A stretch of DNA of 64,000 bases from Smithella sp. M82 (GCA_001683985.1 MAEO01000044.1:18850-82849), one strand, 5' to 3'; positions 48,335-60,200 are shown, numbered from the stretch's first letter. A program made the numbers and translations. Notes: generated from the letters alone by a model not told the origin.

Positions 48335-49414
48335 CTATCGCAGTTTCAAGGTACTTATGGCCATTAAAGCCAATAAAATAGAAATAATCCAAAACCGTAC
48401 AATCACCTTAGGTTCCGCCCATCCTTTCAATTCAAAATGATGATGCAAAGGAGCCATCCGCAGGATGCGTTTCCCTCCGGTCATTTTAAAATAACCGACC
48501 TGAAAAATAACCGAAAAGGTTTCCACAACAAATATACCGCCGACAATAGCCAGTAATATTTCCTGTTTGGTTAGAATCGCTACCGTTCCCAATGCTCCGC
48601 CAAGGGAAAGCGAACCGACATCCCCCATAAAAATTTCTGCCGGATATGCGTTAAACCATAGAAAGCCCAAGCCTGCACCTACAAGAGCTCCGCAAAATAC
48701 CGCCAATTCGCCTGCGCCGCTAATATGAGCAACCCGCAGGTAATAAGCAACTTTCACGTTTCCGGCAAAATAAGCAAAAAGTAAATAAGCAGCAAAACAG
48801 ATTATTGCGGGACCTATGGCGAGACCGTCCAAGCCATCAGTCAGATTTACGGCATTGGCCGCGCCGACAATGATAAACGTAGAAAACAGAATATATCCCC
48901 AGCCCAGGTCAGGTAATATAGTTTTGAAGAAAGGAACCGTTATCTGCAAATTAAATTCAGGCTTCAAATAAAGTATGACACTGACGAACAAGGCGATTAT
49001 AATTTCTGCGATCAGTCTTACCTTACTTGAAATACCCCTGGAACTTTTGCCGGTGAATTTACTGTAATCGTCAACAAATCCTATCAATCCATAACCGACT
49101 GTAACCAGTAATATCAGCCAGACATAATTGATGGAAAGATTCGTCCAAAGCAAAGTGGAAAACACCACTGCAAAGATGATCAAAACCCCTCCCATCGTGG
49201 GGGTGCCTTTTTTGGTTAAGTGGCTTTGCGGACCATCCTCTCTGATCTGCTGCCCTATCTGCATTTCCTGCAGTTTCCGAATCACCCAGGGGCCGATCAC
49301 CAGGCAAATCAAGAGCGCCGTGATTGAAGCAAATATCGTCCGGAAAGTTATATAACGAAATACATTAAAGAACGAAATCGTTGTGTGTAACGGATATAAC
49401 AAATGGTAAATCAC
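48335..49414 (-). CDS. mraY: Phospho-MurNAc-pentapeptide transferase
   Basis: [31 protein letters not shown] and APLHHHFE. Confidence 0.98.
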   Translation of the reverse strand: MIYHLLYPLHTTISFFNVFRYITFRTIFASITALLICLVIGPWVIRKLQEMQIGQQIREDGPQSHLTKKGTPTMGGVLIIFAVVFSTLLWTNLSINYVWLILLVTVGYGLIGFVDDYSKFTGKSSRGISSKVRLIAEIIIALFVSVILYLKPEFNLQITVPFFKTILPDLGWGYILFSTFIIVGAANAVNLTDGLDGLAIGPAIICFAAYLLFAYFAGNVKVAYYLRVAHISGAGELAVFCGALVGAGLGFLWFNAYPAEIFMGDVGSLSLGGALGTVAILTKQEILLAIVGGIFVVETFSVIFQVGYFKMTGGKRILRMAPLHHHFELKGWAEPKVIVRFWIISILLALMAISTLKLR

Positions 49415-49432
49415 TTTTTAATTCACTCCTGT

Positions 49433-50878
49433 TTAATGAACCGTTTTATTGTTTCCGTTCGTTTTATCACTGCCGAATTTCTCGCATATTTGATTCACAA
49501 TTTCTTCCATTTTCATTCCGCGCGAACCTTTTACCAGAATCCAGTCACCCTTTTTTAAATTTTCCTTCAAATAATTAATCCCGTTATCTTCATCGGAAAG
49601 AAAAAAAATTTTTTCCGGCAACAGACCTCCTTCCATCGCTCCGGCGGCTGTCACCCTGGAAAAATCGCCCTGAAGAAAAAGGGCCTTGATCCCTATAGTC
49701 GCTATCAGCATTCCTATTTTACGATGCATTTCTTCCGATTGCGTCCCTAACTCCAGCATGTCACCTAAGAATACGTAACCATTATGATGAACTTTTAAAT
49801 CCTTCAGTGTCATCAGCGCTTCCCTTACCGAAGCAGGATTGGCATTGTACGAATCATCCAAGAGAAAAGACCCGTTACGCAGTTTAATCATTTCCATACG
49901 TCCGCTGAACGGACGAAATTCCGCCAGACCTTCCGCTATCGTTTTGATGTCCACACCAACAGCAAAAGCTGCCGCTGCCGCCGCCATGGCATTATTAACA
50001 TGATGAAGACCAACTATTTTCATTTCCACTTTTTGCGTATTCTCACCGATGACTAAATTAAAACTCATCCCCTTGATGCCGTTGATTTTTATATCCTTGA
50101 CTGTAACATCGGCATTAGGACCCATACTGAAAGTAACTTTTCGGCCGGTCCATCTTTCAGCACAAAATGCAACTGCTTCATCGTCTATATTAACGATGAC
50201 AGTTCCCGAAGGCGACATGTTCAGAAATAAATCCCCCTTTTCCTCCCGGACAACATCTACGGAGCCAAATCCCGCAAGATGTGCCTGACCGATATTAGTA
50301 ATCAAGCCTATATCCGGTGCGGCAATCTGTGTGAGTCTTTTTATCTCCCCTCGTGTATTTGTTCCCATTTCCAGAACAGCCAAATCATGCTGTCCTGTAA
50401 GATGAAATATAGTCTGAGGCAATCCGATCAAATTGTTTAAATTCCCCTCGGTTTTTAAAACATTTTTCTTCCGGCCTACAATCGCCGCAATCATTTCCTT
50501 GGTTGTTGTTTTTCCGGAAGACCCCGTTAATCCGATTACAGTGACGGGAAAACGCTTTCTCCATTCATGAGCCAGATCCCCCAGCGCGATTAAAGTATCG
50601 GAAACCTTAATTACAGCGACACCTTTATCCGTCAGGTTTTCACCAACTTTTGGATCGCTTACTATAATGCCGGCAGCTCCCCGTTGCATCGCTTGTTTTA
50701 TAAAATCATGCCCATTATACTTCTCACCTTTCAATGCGATAAAAAGATTCCCCTCTTTTACCAGACGGGAATCAGTGGAAATTCCATAAAATGTTCCTTC
50801 CGAAGCCCCGGCAATCAAATCTCCGGTGGCCGCCTTTAATACGTCATGTAATAAGAATTTTGGCGAATCATAATTCAT
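49433..50878 (-). CDS. murF: UDP-MurNAc-tripeptide-D-Ala-D-Ala ligase
   Basis: TDSR, TGSSGKTTTK, NNLIGLP, DDSYNANP, GDMLELG and KGSRG. Confidence 0.97.
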   Translation of the reverse strand: MNYDSPKFLLHDVLKAATGDLIAGASEGTFYGISTDSRLVKEGNLFIALKGEKYNGHDFIKQAMQRGAAGIIVSDPKVGENLTDKGVAVIKVSDTLIALGDLAHEWRKRFPVTVIGLTGSSGKTTTKEMIAAIVGRKKNVLKTEGNLNNLIGLPQTIFHLTGQHDLAVLEMGTNTRGEIKRLTQIAAPDIGLITNIGQAHLAGFGSVDVVREEKGDLFLNMSPSGTVIVNIDDEAVAFCAERWTGRKVTFSMGPNADVTVKDIKINGIKGMSFNLVIGENTQKVEMKIVGLHHVNNAMAAAAAAFAVGVDIKTIAEGLAEFRPFSGRMEMIKLRNGSFLLDDSYNANPASVREALMTLKDLKVHHNGYVFLGDMLELGTQSEEMHRKIGMLIATIGIKALFLQGDFSRVTAAGAMEGGLLPEKIFFLSDEDNGINYLKENLKKGDWILVKGSRGMKMEEIVNQICEKFGSDKTNGNNKTVH

Positions 50879-50882
50879 CGAT

Positions 50883-52412
50883 TTAATTTAAGCAGCTTCC
50901 TGATTCCAAAGTTTGTTTTACAATAACACAATCATCAAATGGTACTTTATCTGTTCCCAGAATCTGATAATCTTCATGACCCTTCCCTGCGATTAGAATT
51001 ATATCTTCTCTTTGTGCCACACTTATAGCGGTCTCAATTGCTTTTCTTCGATCGGGTATTACCGTATAGCTATGAGCGCCGTTATTCAGCTGCAAATTGT
51101 CGGGCGATCTCTTCTGTATTTTGCTTTGATCAATGCCGGCTTCTATTTCGGCTATAATCGCCAACGGATCTTCCAGACGGGGATTATCTGAAGTTACAAT
51201 AGTCAAATTACTGTATGTTGTGGCGGCTTCACCCATCAGCGGCCTTTTGCCGTGATCCCTGTTTCCGCCACAACCGAAAACTGTAATAATTTTTTTCTTT
51301 TTGAATTCCGAAAGATTTTGCAGAACCTGCTTTAGCGCGTCCGGTTTATGCGCGTAATCTACGAAAATTGTAAAACCGGAAGAAGAATCAATCCTTTCGA
51401 GGCGTCCCGGCACATAAGACAAATTCTCTATTCCTGCCTTAATCGACGTTGAAGAAATTTGCAGAGCTTTCGCCGCTGCCGCAGCGGCAAGAATGTTATA
51501 AATATTGAACTTGCCTACGAGCGGAGTCTGAATGGAAATGTTTTCTCCGGCCAGATTGATTACGGCTTTTATCCCAGACAAGGATAATTCATAGTTTTCG
51601 GCCATAACTATATTATTCCCCTCCATTCCGTAAGATAATGAAGGTAAAATTACATCCTTCAGAATAATTTGGCCCCATTTATCATCGCCGTTAATTATAA
51701 TCTTCTGCGGGTAAACTTTTTTGCTTTGAGGTAATACTTCTGTAAAAAATCGTTTCTTGGCCTGAAAATAATTTTCCATCGTTAAGTGATAATCAAGATG
51801 CTCGTGGGAGAGATTGGTGAATATACCCAAATCAAAATCACAATCATCAATTCTTTTTAAATCAAGGGCATGTGAAGAAACTTCTGCAATGACATGAGTA
51901 ATACCTTCATCAACCATTGTACGCAGTATTTTTTGCATTTCATAAGATTCCGGAGTAGTGTTAGGCGCAGGGAATATTTTATTATTATAACGGTAATTAA
52001 CTGTGCCCAAAACTCCGCATTTACAACCCTCCCGGGTAAGAATCGACTCCAGAAAATATGTAGTAGTCGTCTTACCGTTTGTGCCGGTAACTCCTATCAG
52101 GCATAATTGAGCGGATGGATCTCTGAAATAATTTTTGGCCAATATCCCCAATGCTCTTCTGCTGTTCGTTACCTTAATTGCAGTTACCTCAGATGAAGTT
52201 TTAATATTCTTCTCATGAACAACACAACGTGCGCCTCTATCAATTGCCTGCGTAATATAATTATGCCCGTCGTGTTTTAATCCGGTAATAGCCACAAACA
52301 GAGCCCCTTCTTCGCATTTATCCGCAGAATAACAGACAGAAGATATCTCTTGACAAGAGTCTCCGAAAATATCGATTACATTTAATCCTTCAATTAAGCT
52401 GCTTAGTTTCAT
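50883..52412 (-). CDS. murE: UDP-MurNAc-dipeptide-mDAP ligase
   Basis: TGTNGKTT, TTPES, EVSSH, DYAHKPD, DNPR (mDAP-specific) and AGKGHE. Confidence 0.97.
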   Translation of the reverse strand: MKLSSLIEGLNVIDIFGDSCQEISSVCYSADKCEEGALFVAITGLKHDGHNYITQAIDRGARCVVHEKNIKTSSEVTAIKVTNSRRALGILAKNYFRDPSAQLCLIGVTGTNGKTTTTYFLESILTREGCKCGVLGTVNYRYNNKIFPAPNTTPESYEMQKILRTMVDEGITHVIAEVSSHALDLKRIDDCDFDLGIFTNLSHEHLDYHLTMENYFQAKKRFFTEVLPQSKKVYPQKIIINGDDKWGQIILKDVILPSLSYGMEGNNIVMAENYELSLSGIKAVINLAGENISIQTPLVGKFNIYNILAAAAAAKALQISSTSIKAGIENLSYVPGRLERIDSSSGFTIFVDYAHKPDALKQVLQNLSEFKKKKIITVFGCGGNRDHGKRPLMGEAATTYSNLTIVTSDNPRLEDPLAIIAEIEAGIDQSKIQKRSPDNLQLNNGAHSYTVIPDRRKAIETAISVAQREDIILIAGKGHEDYQILGTDKVPFDDCVIVKQTLESGSCLN

Positions 52413-52419
52413 CAAAACC

Positions 52420-54393
52420 TCAATTGCTCAGCTCAAAAACAACATTACACACCCGCTCTTCTCCAAGTGGAGTGTGGGCCGGGGGATATTGACGTACGGC
52501 CCAACCATTACCGGATATTTTAAGTTCTATTGATTCAGCCCTTGCTTTTTTCATTGCTTCCCTGATCGTCAAACCCGCAAAATTAGGCATGGTCGATTCA
52601 TCATCGCTGATATCCTCTTGCGGAGTTAAGGTTTGTTGTGTTGAAACCAGTTCTACTTTATTTGGATTTTCTTCAAAGACAGGAGTCTCTCTGATATTCG
52701 TCTTGAAACAATTGAGTATCTGATCACCGATATTTTTGAACACCGGAGCGGCGGCTACGCCACCCCATTTATCTCTCTGCGGTTCATCAAGCATTACCAG
52801 GATAGCAACTTGCGGATTGTCGGCGGGAAAGAATCCTATGAAAGATGTACGAACTTTCTCCGATGAATACACACCACGCTTAAAATCGAATTTTTGTGAA
52901 GTTCCTGTTTTACCGGCAACAGCAACATTAACAATACGCGCGCTTTTACCAGTTCCATCCGGAGCACCGACTACTTCCGTAAGCATATGGGTAAGACGTT
53001 TAGCCACATTAGGAGAGATAACCTTACGTATGACCGTTGGCGTATATAACTTAACCAGGCGATTATTTTTGTCGGCAAAGCCCCGCACAACATAAGGTTT
53101 CATTAAAACGCCGTTGTTCGCAATGGCTGATACGGCAGTAATTAACTGAATTGCCGTAACTGAAATGCCCTGACCGAAAGCAATCATGGCCGTATCGACC
53201 GGCACCCACTTATTAACCGGCCTAACCAAGCCCGAGGACTCACCCAGCAAATCTATTCCCGTCTTCTCACCAAAACCAAATTTTTGGATATAATTATAGA
53301 ATTTTTCTTTCCCCATCTTTTGAGCGATTTTTACCGCACCAATATTACTGGAATATTTTAATATCTCAGGAACGCCTAAATATCCGTGGCGTTTTTTCTG
53401 TGCTTCATGAATAACCCGATTAGCCACTCTATAATTTCCATTTTCACAGTAAAACTTGTCTGACTCCTTAATGATTCTTTCCTCCAAAGCAGCAGCTACC
53501 AAAAAAGGCTTGAAGGTTGATCCCGGATCAAAATTATCGGTAATGGCATGATTACGCCATCTCTCTGCCGTAAGCCCTTCGATGTTATTGGGATTGAAAC
53601 TTCTCTGGTTGGCAAGTGCCAAAATTTCTCCCGTCTTGGGATCCATTACAATGGCCACGCCCCCCTTTGCACCCTTGTCGAGAACAGCTTCTCTTAAATG
53701 GGTTTCCACAAGATATTGAATCCTGTTATCTATGGTTAATACCAGATTTTCATTTTCACTTTTTTTTGTTTCACTCTTTTCCACCCGTAAAAACAATTTT
53801 TTTCCTTTGGCATCCCTGGCCCATGCCAGCTTCTCCGGCTTTCCCTTCAAAGATTCATCATATTTTTTTTCCAGTCCTTCCAATCCGCCGGCGTCCAATC
53901 CCACAAACCCCAGCAAATGTGCAGCCAGTTCACCGTTAGGGTAAAAGCGTTTAGGTTCTTTGACTAAAAAAATACCTTCGATGTCCGCACTTTCCACTAC
54001 GGCAGCTTGTTGCGGAGAAATTTTTCTTGCCAGCCAGCAAAAGTTTTTCGGTGAGGATATCTTTTTGTAAACCAACTGGTTATCCAAACTAAGCATTTCG
54101 GCAACTTGTCTGGATATTTTTACCGGATCAGCAATCTTTGAAGGATCGGCGCAAACCGAATCGGCCATGACCGACACGGCAAGTTTCTCGCCGTTGCGAT
54201 CAAAGATTATTCCTCTTTCCGGCTGCAATTGCAAAACAGTAGTATGCTGCCTTTGTGCCAATGATTTCAGTTTTTGACCGGATAAAACCTGCAACTGGAA
54301 AGCGCGTGATATTAAAGCAATAAAGAACACCAGGAACACCGAGAAAATAATGACTATTCTTACTTTCAGCCATTTTTTTGATTGGACTGCCAT
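52420..54393 (-). CDS. ftsI: Division transpeptidase PBP3 with a C-terminal PASTA domain
   Basis: RG.I.DRNG, SxxK (GSTFK), SSN and KTG; C-terminal MPNFAGL PASTA. Confidence 0.93.
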   Translation of the reverse strand: MAVQSKKWLKVRIVIIFSVFLVFFIALISRAFQLQVLSGQKLKSLAQRQHTTVLQLQPERGIIFDRNGEKLAVSVMADSVCADPSKIADPVKISRQVAEMLSLDNQLVYKKISSPKNFCWLARKISPQQAAVVESADIEGIFLVKEPKRFYPNGELAAHLLGFVGLDAGGLEGLEKKYDESLKGKPEKLAWARDAKGKKLFLRVEKSETKKSENENLVLTIDNRIQYLVETHLREAVLDKGAKGGVAIVMDPKTGEILALANQRSFNPNNIEGLTAERWRNHAITDNFDPGSTFKPFLVAAALEERIIKESDKFYCENGNYRVANRVIHEAQKKRHGYLGVPEILKYSSNIGAVKIAQKMGKEKFYNYIQKFGFGEKTGIDLLGESSGLVRPVNKWVPVDTAMIAFGQGISVTAIQLITAVSAIANNGVLMKPYVVRGFADKNNRLVKLYTPTVIRKVISPNVAKRLTHMLTEVVGAPDGTGKSARIVNVAVAGKTGTSQKFDFKRGVYSSEKVRTSFIGFFPADNPQVAILVMLDEPQRDKWGGVAAAPVFKNIGDQILNCFKTNIRETPVFEENPNKVELVSTQQTLTPQEDISDDESTMPNFAGLTIREAMKKARAESIELKISGNGWAVRQYPPAHTPLGEERVCNVVFELSN

Positions 54394-54394
54394 A

Positions 54395-54742
54395 TCATTC
54401 TCCCGATTTCTTCAAAACAATTACCTGACTGCTATCAGGATACGACATTTGCAATTTATTTCTTACAATGCTTTCAATCCTCTGTGGTGATTTGAGCATT
54501 GCATATTCCAATTTTAATTTTTTTTGTTCCTCCAGTTTCTGTTCTCTGACGCTCAGCTCCGCAGCTATCTTATATTCCAATTCAGTCATGCGAATATGGG
54601 ATCCGACGTAGACTAAAGCAACAAACATGAACACAATCGCAAAAATAATAAATGTCGAATACCTGATTCCGAAAGAACTTTCTTTGGCTTCCTGAAAACG
54701 AGGGACGGCTCTTGTTTCAACAGACTGTGCAGATTGTGACAT
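54395..54742 (-). CDS. ftsL: Cell division protein FtsL
   Basis: TM plus coiled coil, L.SP.RIE..; lies between rsmH and ftsI. Confidence 0.85.
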   Translation of the reverse strand: MSQSAQSVETRAVPRFQEAKESSFGIRYSTFIIFAIVFMFVALVYVGSHIRMTELEYKIAAELSVREQKLEEQKKLKLEYAMLKSPQRIESIVRNKLQMSYPDSSQVIVLKKSGE

Positions 54743-54743
54743 C

Positions 54744-55679
54744 TTAAACTCTCCGGGCTACGCGCAACTTAGCGCTGCGAGCGCGTGGATTCGCTTTGAT
54801 CTCCTGTTCTGTGGGAATCAGTGCTTTCCTGGTAATATTCTCGAGCTTTGCTTCTTTCTGACAAACACAAAACGGCATATCTTTAGGACAAACACATTCT
54901 CCAGCCAAAGCACGAAATTCATTTTTTACAATACGATCTTCCAACGAATGAAAGGAAATTACACAAAGACGCCCACCGGATTTCAGCGCATCAACAGCGG
55001 CATCAATTGCCAGTTTGATATTCTCCAATTCGTTGTTGACAGCGATTCTTATTGCTTGAAATGTTTTCGTAGCAGGATGAATCTTTTGCCTTTTCGATCT
55101 TACAGGCATGCAAGAGGCAACTATTGCCGCTAATTCTGTCGTAGTTTCAATCGGTGACAATCGCCTTTTCTTTGATATTGTCCCTGCTATTTTTGCGGCC
55201 ATTTTTTCTTCTCCGTAAAACCTGATGATGTTCTCTAACTCGTTTTGCGCGAAGCCATTGACAATATCGTAAGCGCTCAATTTCAGACTGCGATCCATAC
55301 GCATATCAAGCGGCGCCTGTTGACTAAAACTAAAACCTCTTCCAGCGGCATCCAGTTGACGAGAAGAGACTCCCAAATCCAGAAGAATGCCGTCAACTTT
55401 TTTTATATTTAAGTTTTCCAGCACTTTGCCTAAATCGGCAAAATTGGCTTTTACTAAAACTTTGCGTGAACCAAATCCAACAAGCCGCGACTCCGCAAAC
55501 TGCAAGGCTTCATCATCACAATCAATTCCTACCAGAAACGCGTCCGTTTCTTTGAGTATCGCGTAAGAATGACCTGCACCACCTATGGTGCAATCCACAT
55601 AAACGCCCGTTTTACTAACTAAAAGCAACTCTATAACTTCTTTAACCATTACCGGCTCGTGATAAAAGTCGGCAATCAT
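54744..55679 (-). CDS. rsmH: 16S rRNA m4C1402 methyltransferase
   Basis: HEPVM, DCT.GGAGH, DLGVSS, PLDMRM, FQAIRI, SFHSLEDR and NPRARSAKLR. Confidence 0.97.
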   Translation of the reverse strand: MIADFYHEPVMVKEVIELLLVSKTGVYVDCTIGGAGHSYAILKETDAFLVGIDCDDEALQFAESRLVGFGSRKVLVKANFADLGKVLENLNIKKVDGILLDLGVSSRQLDAAGRGFSFSQQAPLDMRMDRSLKLSAYDIVNGFAQNELENIIRFYGEEKMAAKIAGTISKKRRLSPIETTTELAAIVASCMPVRSKRQKIHPATKTFQAIRIAVNNELENIKLAIDAAVDALKSGGRLCVISFHSLEDRIVKNEFRALAGECVCPKDMPFCVCQKEAKLENITRKALIPTEQEIKANPRARSAKLRVARRV

Positions 55680-55682
55680 GAT

Positions 55683-56129
55683 TTAAATTCCAAGGTCAGC
55701 TATAAAGTCAGCGCATTTGTCAATTTCGCTGGCGGCCCGTTTCATTCTTTCTTCGAAACGTTCTTTCGACCAGATTTCAATATTCTTCAGCATGCCGGCC
55801 AGAACAATATCTTTTTCCAACTGAGCATATTCACGCAAGGTCGGCGGTATAAGCACACGCCCTTGTCCGTCGATACTGCAATCAACAGCTCCAGACATAA
55901 AGAAGCGTTGAAATGAACGCACTTCTTTACGCAATTTGGATTGATGGGCTACCTTCTCCTCAATTATCAACCACTCATCGTAAGGAAAAACCATCAAGTA
56001 CTGATCCCAGTTCGTAATCACGATCCGGTTTTCGTACTCCTCCGCAAAAATTTCACGGAACTTGGAGGGGAAAATTATTCTTCCCTTTTCATCAATAGTA
56101 TGATGATATTGTCCCCGGAAAACAGACAT
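55683..56129 (-). CDS. mraZ: Transcriptional regulator MraZ
   Basis: FRG.Y.H.IDEKGRI..P and second repeat DGQGRVLIP..LR. ATG 56129. Confidence 0.95.
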   Translation of the reverse strand: MSVFRGQYHHTIDEKGRIIFPSKFREIFAEEYENRIVITNWDQYLMVFPYDEWLIIEEKVAHQSKLRKEVRSFQRFFMSGAVDCSIDGQGRVLIPPTLREYAQLEKDIVLAGMLKNIEIWSKERFEERMKRAASEIDKCADFIADLGI

Positions 56130-56166
56130 CACTTTACCTCCACAATAAGCCACTTTACTCCACTGG
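56130..56166 (-). promoter_or_regulatory. MraZ-binding direct repeats
   Basis: Minus strand AGTGGagtaa AGTGGcttat TGTGGaggta aAGTG: three GTGG at 10-nt periodicity directly upstream of mraZ. Confidence 0.75.
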
Positions 56167-56170
56167 CTCG

Positions 56171-56199
56171 ACTATAAAGGCGACAATTGCCTTTGTCAA
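56171..56199 (-). promoter_or_regulatory. sigma70 promoter of the dcw operon
   Basis: Minus strand TTGACA-17 nt-TATAGT immediately upstream of the MraZ boxes. Confidence 0.75.
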
Positions 56200-56342
56200 G
56201 CAAAAAATTTAACTTTTTTCCGGGTTAAGTAACTTAAAATTACTGGGGAAATCCTGAAATAACAGGAGAGATTTCTTATTAAATGAAAAAACAGCCGATA
56301 TAAAAAAATAATCTGGTAATTAAAGGCTTTTTTCAGTATTTT

Positions 56343-57425
56343 TTACTTTTGTTGTGACACATTAAGTTGCCGGATTGACTCATTATTAATACATCGATAG
56401 CGATTTACAGCTTTAATGTGCTCCATCAATGAAGCTGAAAAAAAGTGTGAACCGTTATTTTTGGAAACAAAGTAAAGATGCTTTACAGGCGCCGGATATA
56501 GCACAGCCTTTAAGGACGACAAGCCGGGATTGGCAATTGGTCCCGGCGGCAGACCTCTTATTAAATAAGTATTATAAGGAGATTTTCTTCTTAAATGACT
56601 ACGTAAAATTTTACCTCCAAAATTATCCAAATCATAAACGGCCGTGGGATCGCTTTGTAAACGCATTTTCTTCTTGAGTCTATTGTGGAATACAGCTGAA
56701 ATCATATTTTTTTCCGCATCACAACTTGATTCTTTTCCAATAATAGAAGCAAAAGTAACAAGCTGATGAATGTCTAATTTCATCTCTTCAGCTTTTTTAA
56801 TCATTTCCGGGGTAACTTTTTTCCAAAACTGATTCACCATTATTTTCATAATCTGGCGAGTACTCATTGAACGGTCAAAGAAATAAGTATCAGGGAAAAG
56901 ATAACCTTCTATTGAGTCCGCTTCAATACCTAAAGATTCAAGAAATTCCTTGTCGCCGGCCAGTTCAAGGAAATTTTCTTTATTAATCAATTTTTCATTC
57001 ATCAAAACCGTCGCTATTTCCCGCACAGATAAATCCTCGCGGATAACAACTTTATGAATTTTTATTTCTCCGCGCAATAATTTATCAATAATTGCTATAG
57101 GAGTCAGAGAGGTATTGAATTCATACTCACCTGAACGAATGGAACGTGTGGCCCTTTTCATAATGGCCAGACTGTAAAAGAAAACACGGTTTTTGATCAA
57201 TCCCGCCTGATTGAGTATTTCCGTGATTTTTAAAAAACCGGAGCCTGTTGGTATATCAACAACTACATTCACGTTTCTTTTATCAATAGAACTGGTTGAA
57301 TAATTTATCAAAAGCACAAAAAAAAGTGCAATAGCCAAAAAAGATATCAAAACAAAGCGACTAATTTTGTTTATAAAAAAATCTCTCTTAAAAAATCCGG
57401 ACGAAAAAAATTTATTCACTTGCAT
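56343..57425 (-). CDS. mltG: Endolytic transglycosylase MltG
   Basis: EGYLFPDTY, ASIIGKE, VFHNRL..MRLQSDPT, SPYNTY..GLPPGPIANPG. Confidence 0.95.
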   Translation of the reverse strand: MQVNKFFSSGFFKRDFFINKISRFVLISFLAIALFFVLLINYSTSSIDKRNVNVVVDIPTGSGFLKITEILNQAGLIKNRVFFYSLAIMKRATRSIRSGEYEFNTSLTPIAIIDKLLRGEIKIHKVVIREDLSVREIATVLMNEKLINKENFLELAGDKEFLESLGIEADSIEGYLFPDTYFFDRSMSTRQIMKIMVNQFWKKVTPEMIKKAEEMKLDIHQLVTFASIIGKESSCDAEKNMISAVFHNRLKKKMRLQSDPTAVYDLDNFGGKILRSHLRRKSPYNTYLIRGLPPGPIANPGLSSLKAVLYPAPVKHLYFVSKNNGSHFFSASLMEHIKAVNRYRCINNESIRQLNVSQQK

Positions 57426-57516
57426 CTTCTCTACTCTTTTTCTGTTTATATAACGTCTGATTCATCATAAGTATTATTTCTCTTTATTTTCTACTTCTTG
57501 TGAAATTAATTTTTAA

Positions 57517-57930
57517 TTATTTGGCTATAGAGTCGAGATATTCTTGAAGAATCAGACAGGCGGCTATTTTATCAATTTTCTCTTTTCTTTTTTTCCAATG
57601 TATACCGGATTTGATTAATATTTCTTCAGCTTCTTTGGTAGAAAGGGTTTCCGGCCATTTAATAACCGGTAAGGAAAAAGTCTTTTTCAGCTGCGCAGAA
57701 AAACGATTTACTTTTTCGCACTGGACACCTTCCGAACCATCAAGACGAACAGGATAACCTACCACAATCTTCTCAACGTTGTAACTTTTAATCAGATTAT
57801 CCAGGATATCCCAATCATGTTTCCTGCTTTTTCTGATGATTGTGGGCAATCCCTGCGCTGTCATTCCCAGTTCATCACAAATGGCAGCTCCAATTTTCTT
57901 TTCACCGTAATCTAAACCTAGTATACGCAA
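57517..57930 (-). CDS. ruvX: YqgF/RuvX pre-16S rRNA nuclease
   Basis: LGLDYGEKKIG.A..D, VVGYP, ETLST and D..AA..ILQ.YLD. Confidence 0.92.
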   Translation of the reverse strand: MRILGLDYGEKKIGAAICDELGMTAQGLPTIIRKSRKHDWDILDNLIKSYNVEKIVVGYPVRLDGSEGVQCEKVNRFSAQLKKTFSLPVIKWPETLSTKEAEEILIKSGIHWKKRKEKIDKIAACLILQEYLDSIAK

Positions 57931-58117
57931 ACATAACCTCTTAGTGCGACACCTCTAGCAATTTACGCCGATATTTTCAATCATTAAATCGCCTGATACT
58001 TTCTTGTGTTAATATAACCCTTTACGCACTCAAACCTCATAACAAATTATAATGTTGTGAAAAATTGAAGAGTTTGTTATTTTCTTAAAGCATTGATCAA
58101 ATCAAACAGGCAAATTT

Positions 58118-60031
58118 ATGAAACATTTTGTTCTCGGCACCGCCGGCCATGTCGATCATGGAAAAACGGCATTAATCAAAGCGCTTACCGGAACAGACAC
58201 AGATCGTTTGAAAGAGGAAAAAAAAAGAGGTATTACCATTGAACTCGGGTTCGCTTCCCTTGCTCTTCCTTCCGGTCAAACACTCGGTATTGTTGATGTT
58301 CCCGGCCATGAAAAATTCATAAAAAACATGGTTTCCGGCGCGGCTGGCATTGATTTAGTCATGATGGTCATAGCCGCCGATGAAGGTATCATGCCGCAAA
58401 CGAAGGAACATTTACAAATTTGCTCTCTGTTGGGAATTTCCAAAGGTCTTGTTGCTTTGACCAAAATTGATCTTGTTGAAGAGGAATGGTTGGAATTGGT
58501 TCAATCGGAAATTACCGAATTTTTGAAAGGAACTTTTTTAGAAGACGCACCGATCGTGCCGGTATCTGCCACAAAACAAAAAGGCCTTTCTGATCTTGTA
58601 AAAGCAATATATACTACTGTAAGTAAAATTGATGAAAAAGCAAATGATGGAATTTTTAGGCTTCCCGTAGACCGCGTATTTACGATGAAAGGTTTCGGCA
58701 CCGTCGTTACCGGCACGCTTGTCTCCGACCATATTAAAACCAATGAAGAAGTGGAAATATTACCCCGGAATACCACCGTCCGTATCAGAGGCCTGCAGGT
58801 ACACAATCAGCCGGTTGATGAAGCATGGGTCGGTCAACGCACGGCTATAAATCTTCAAGGCATCGAAAAATCGGCTATTGAACGCGGCAATGTTCTTGTT
58901 CGCCCTAAAACAGTATGGCCATCTCAGAGATTAGATATTTATGTCGAATTTCTTGCTTCCAATTCTAAAAGCATAAAAAATCGGGCACTTGTTCGTCTAC
59001 ATACGGGAACAAGCGAAATTATCGCCCGTATAACATTACTGGATAAAGATGAACTTGCACCGGGGCAAGATGGATTTGCGCAGCTGGTTTTGGCTAGTAA
59101 AGGTGTCGTTGTTGCCGGTGATCATTTTGTTTTACGAAGTTATTCTCCTGTTACAACAATCGGTGGAGGACGGATTATTGATCCCCTACCCTTAAAACAC
59201 AAAAGGCAAAATAAAAAAATCATTGCCGATCTTAATATATTACGAAACGGACCACTTCCGGAGAGAATTTCCGTAATTATGGAAAGAACAGGTTTTTCCG
59301 GTATCAATTTGTGCGGACTTAATTTTCGTCTTGGCGTACACACGAAGAAAATCCGTGATGCATTGGAAAGTCTTTTTTCCAACAGAAAAGCGATCCTTCT
59401 GGATAGCGAGGACACAACTGTTATATCCGCTTTATTTTACAATCAGTTGGAAGAACTTATAGGTAAAAATCTTGCCACCCATCATACAGAAAACCCTTTG
59501 CTGGAGGGCATCTCCAAAGAGCAGCTCAAAGAAACACTTGGTCGTTCCATTTCTTCAAAACTCTTTAATTTAGTATTGAAGAATCTTGTTAAAAAAGAAA
59601 TTATTGTCGTCGATAAAGACAATGTTCGTTTGGCAAAGCATAAGGTGCAACTTGCCGATGATCTGAATTCTCTGCGCAAAGACATTGCGCGGATTTATAA
59701 TGACGCGGGACTCACACCTCCTTACCTTACCGATGTCATAAACAACTTCAACGATCAAAAAGCCAAAGCGCAAAGTATTATCAAATTGATGCTCAAAGAC
59801 GGAGATCTAATTAAAATCAATGAAGATCTCTATTTTGCCCGCGGACCACTCAATAAATTATATGACGATTATAAAGAAATGCTGAAGAAAGATGGTAAAG
59901 CAACACCGGCAACATTCAAAGATTTAACCGGTCTTTCCCGCAAATATATAATCCCTTTGATGGAATATTTTGATATGAGCAAACTTACTGTCCGGGTTGG
60001 TGATCACCGCATATTAAGAGAAAAAATATGA
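58118..60031 (+). CDS. selB: Selenocysteine-specific translation elongation factor
   Basis: [32 protein letters not shown] and the winged-helix end [13 protein letters not shown]...R.GD.R. Confidence 0.96.
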   Translation: MKHFVLGTAGHVDHGKTALIKALTGTDTDRLKEEKKRGITIELGFASLALPSGQTLGIVDVPGHEKFIKNMVSGAAGIDLVMMVIAADEGIMPQTKEHLQICSLLGISKGLVALTKIDLVEEEWLELVQSEITEFLKGTFLEDAPIVPVSATKQKGLSDLVKAIYTTVSKIDEKANDGIFRLPVDRVFTMKGFGTVVTGTLVSDHIKTNEEVEILPRNTTVRIRGLQVHNQPVDEAWVGQRTAINLQGIEKSAIERGNVLVRPKTVWPSQRLDIYVEFLASNSKSIKNRALVRLHTGTSEIIARITLLDKDELAPGQDGFAQLVLASKGVVVAGDHFVLRSYSPVTTIGGGRIIDPLPLKHKRQNKKIIADLNILRNGPLPERISVIMERTGFSGINLCGLNFRLGVHTKKIRDALESLFSNRKAILLDSEDTTVISALFYNQLEELIGKNLATHHTENPLLEGISKEQLKETLGRSISSKLFNLVLKNLVKKEIIVVDKDNVRLAKHKVQLADDLNSLRKDIARIYNDAGLTPPYLTDVINNFNDQKAKAQSIIKLMLKDGDLIKINEDLYFARGPLNKLYDDYKEMLKKDGKATPATFKDLTGLSRKYIIPLMEYFDMSKLTVRVGDHRILREKI

Positions 60032-60200
60032 GCAATTAATACCATAAAGAATTATTGCTTCCAGCGTAACATGTGATAAAAACATTAATTAAAGTCTATC
60101 TGTGCTGTTATATGCTTAAGGAAAATTAATTTCTAAAAAATTTTTTCGTTATTGTAACAATAATGAACGGGTATTTATAAGCAGGAAAGGCAGGGGAAAA

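Noticed and set aside
58118-60031. Selenoprotein (UGA read-through) genes near selB or in the radical SAM cluster
   Set aside because: The TGA-ending ORFs I inspected (e.g. 2845, 27184, 32947) are already full length, and I saw no continuation of homology or convincing SECIS. This was not an exhaustive scan.
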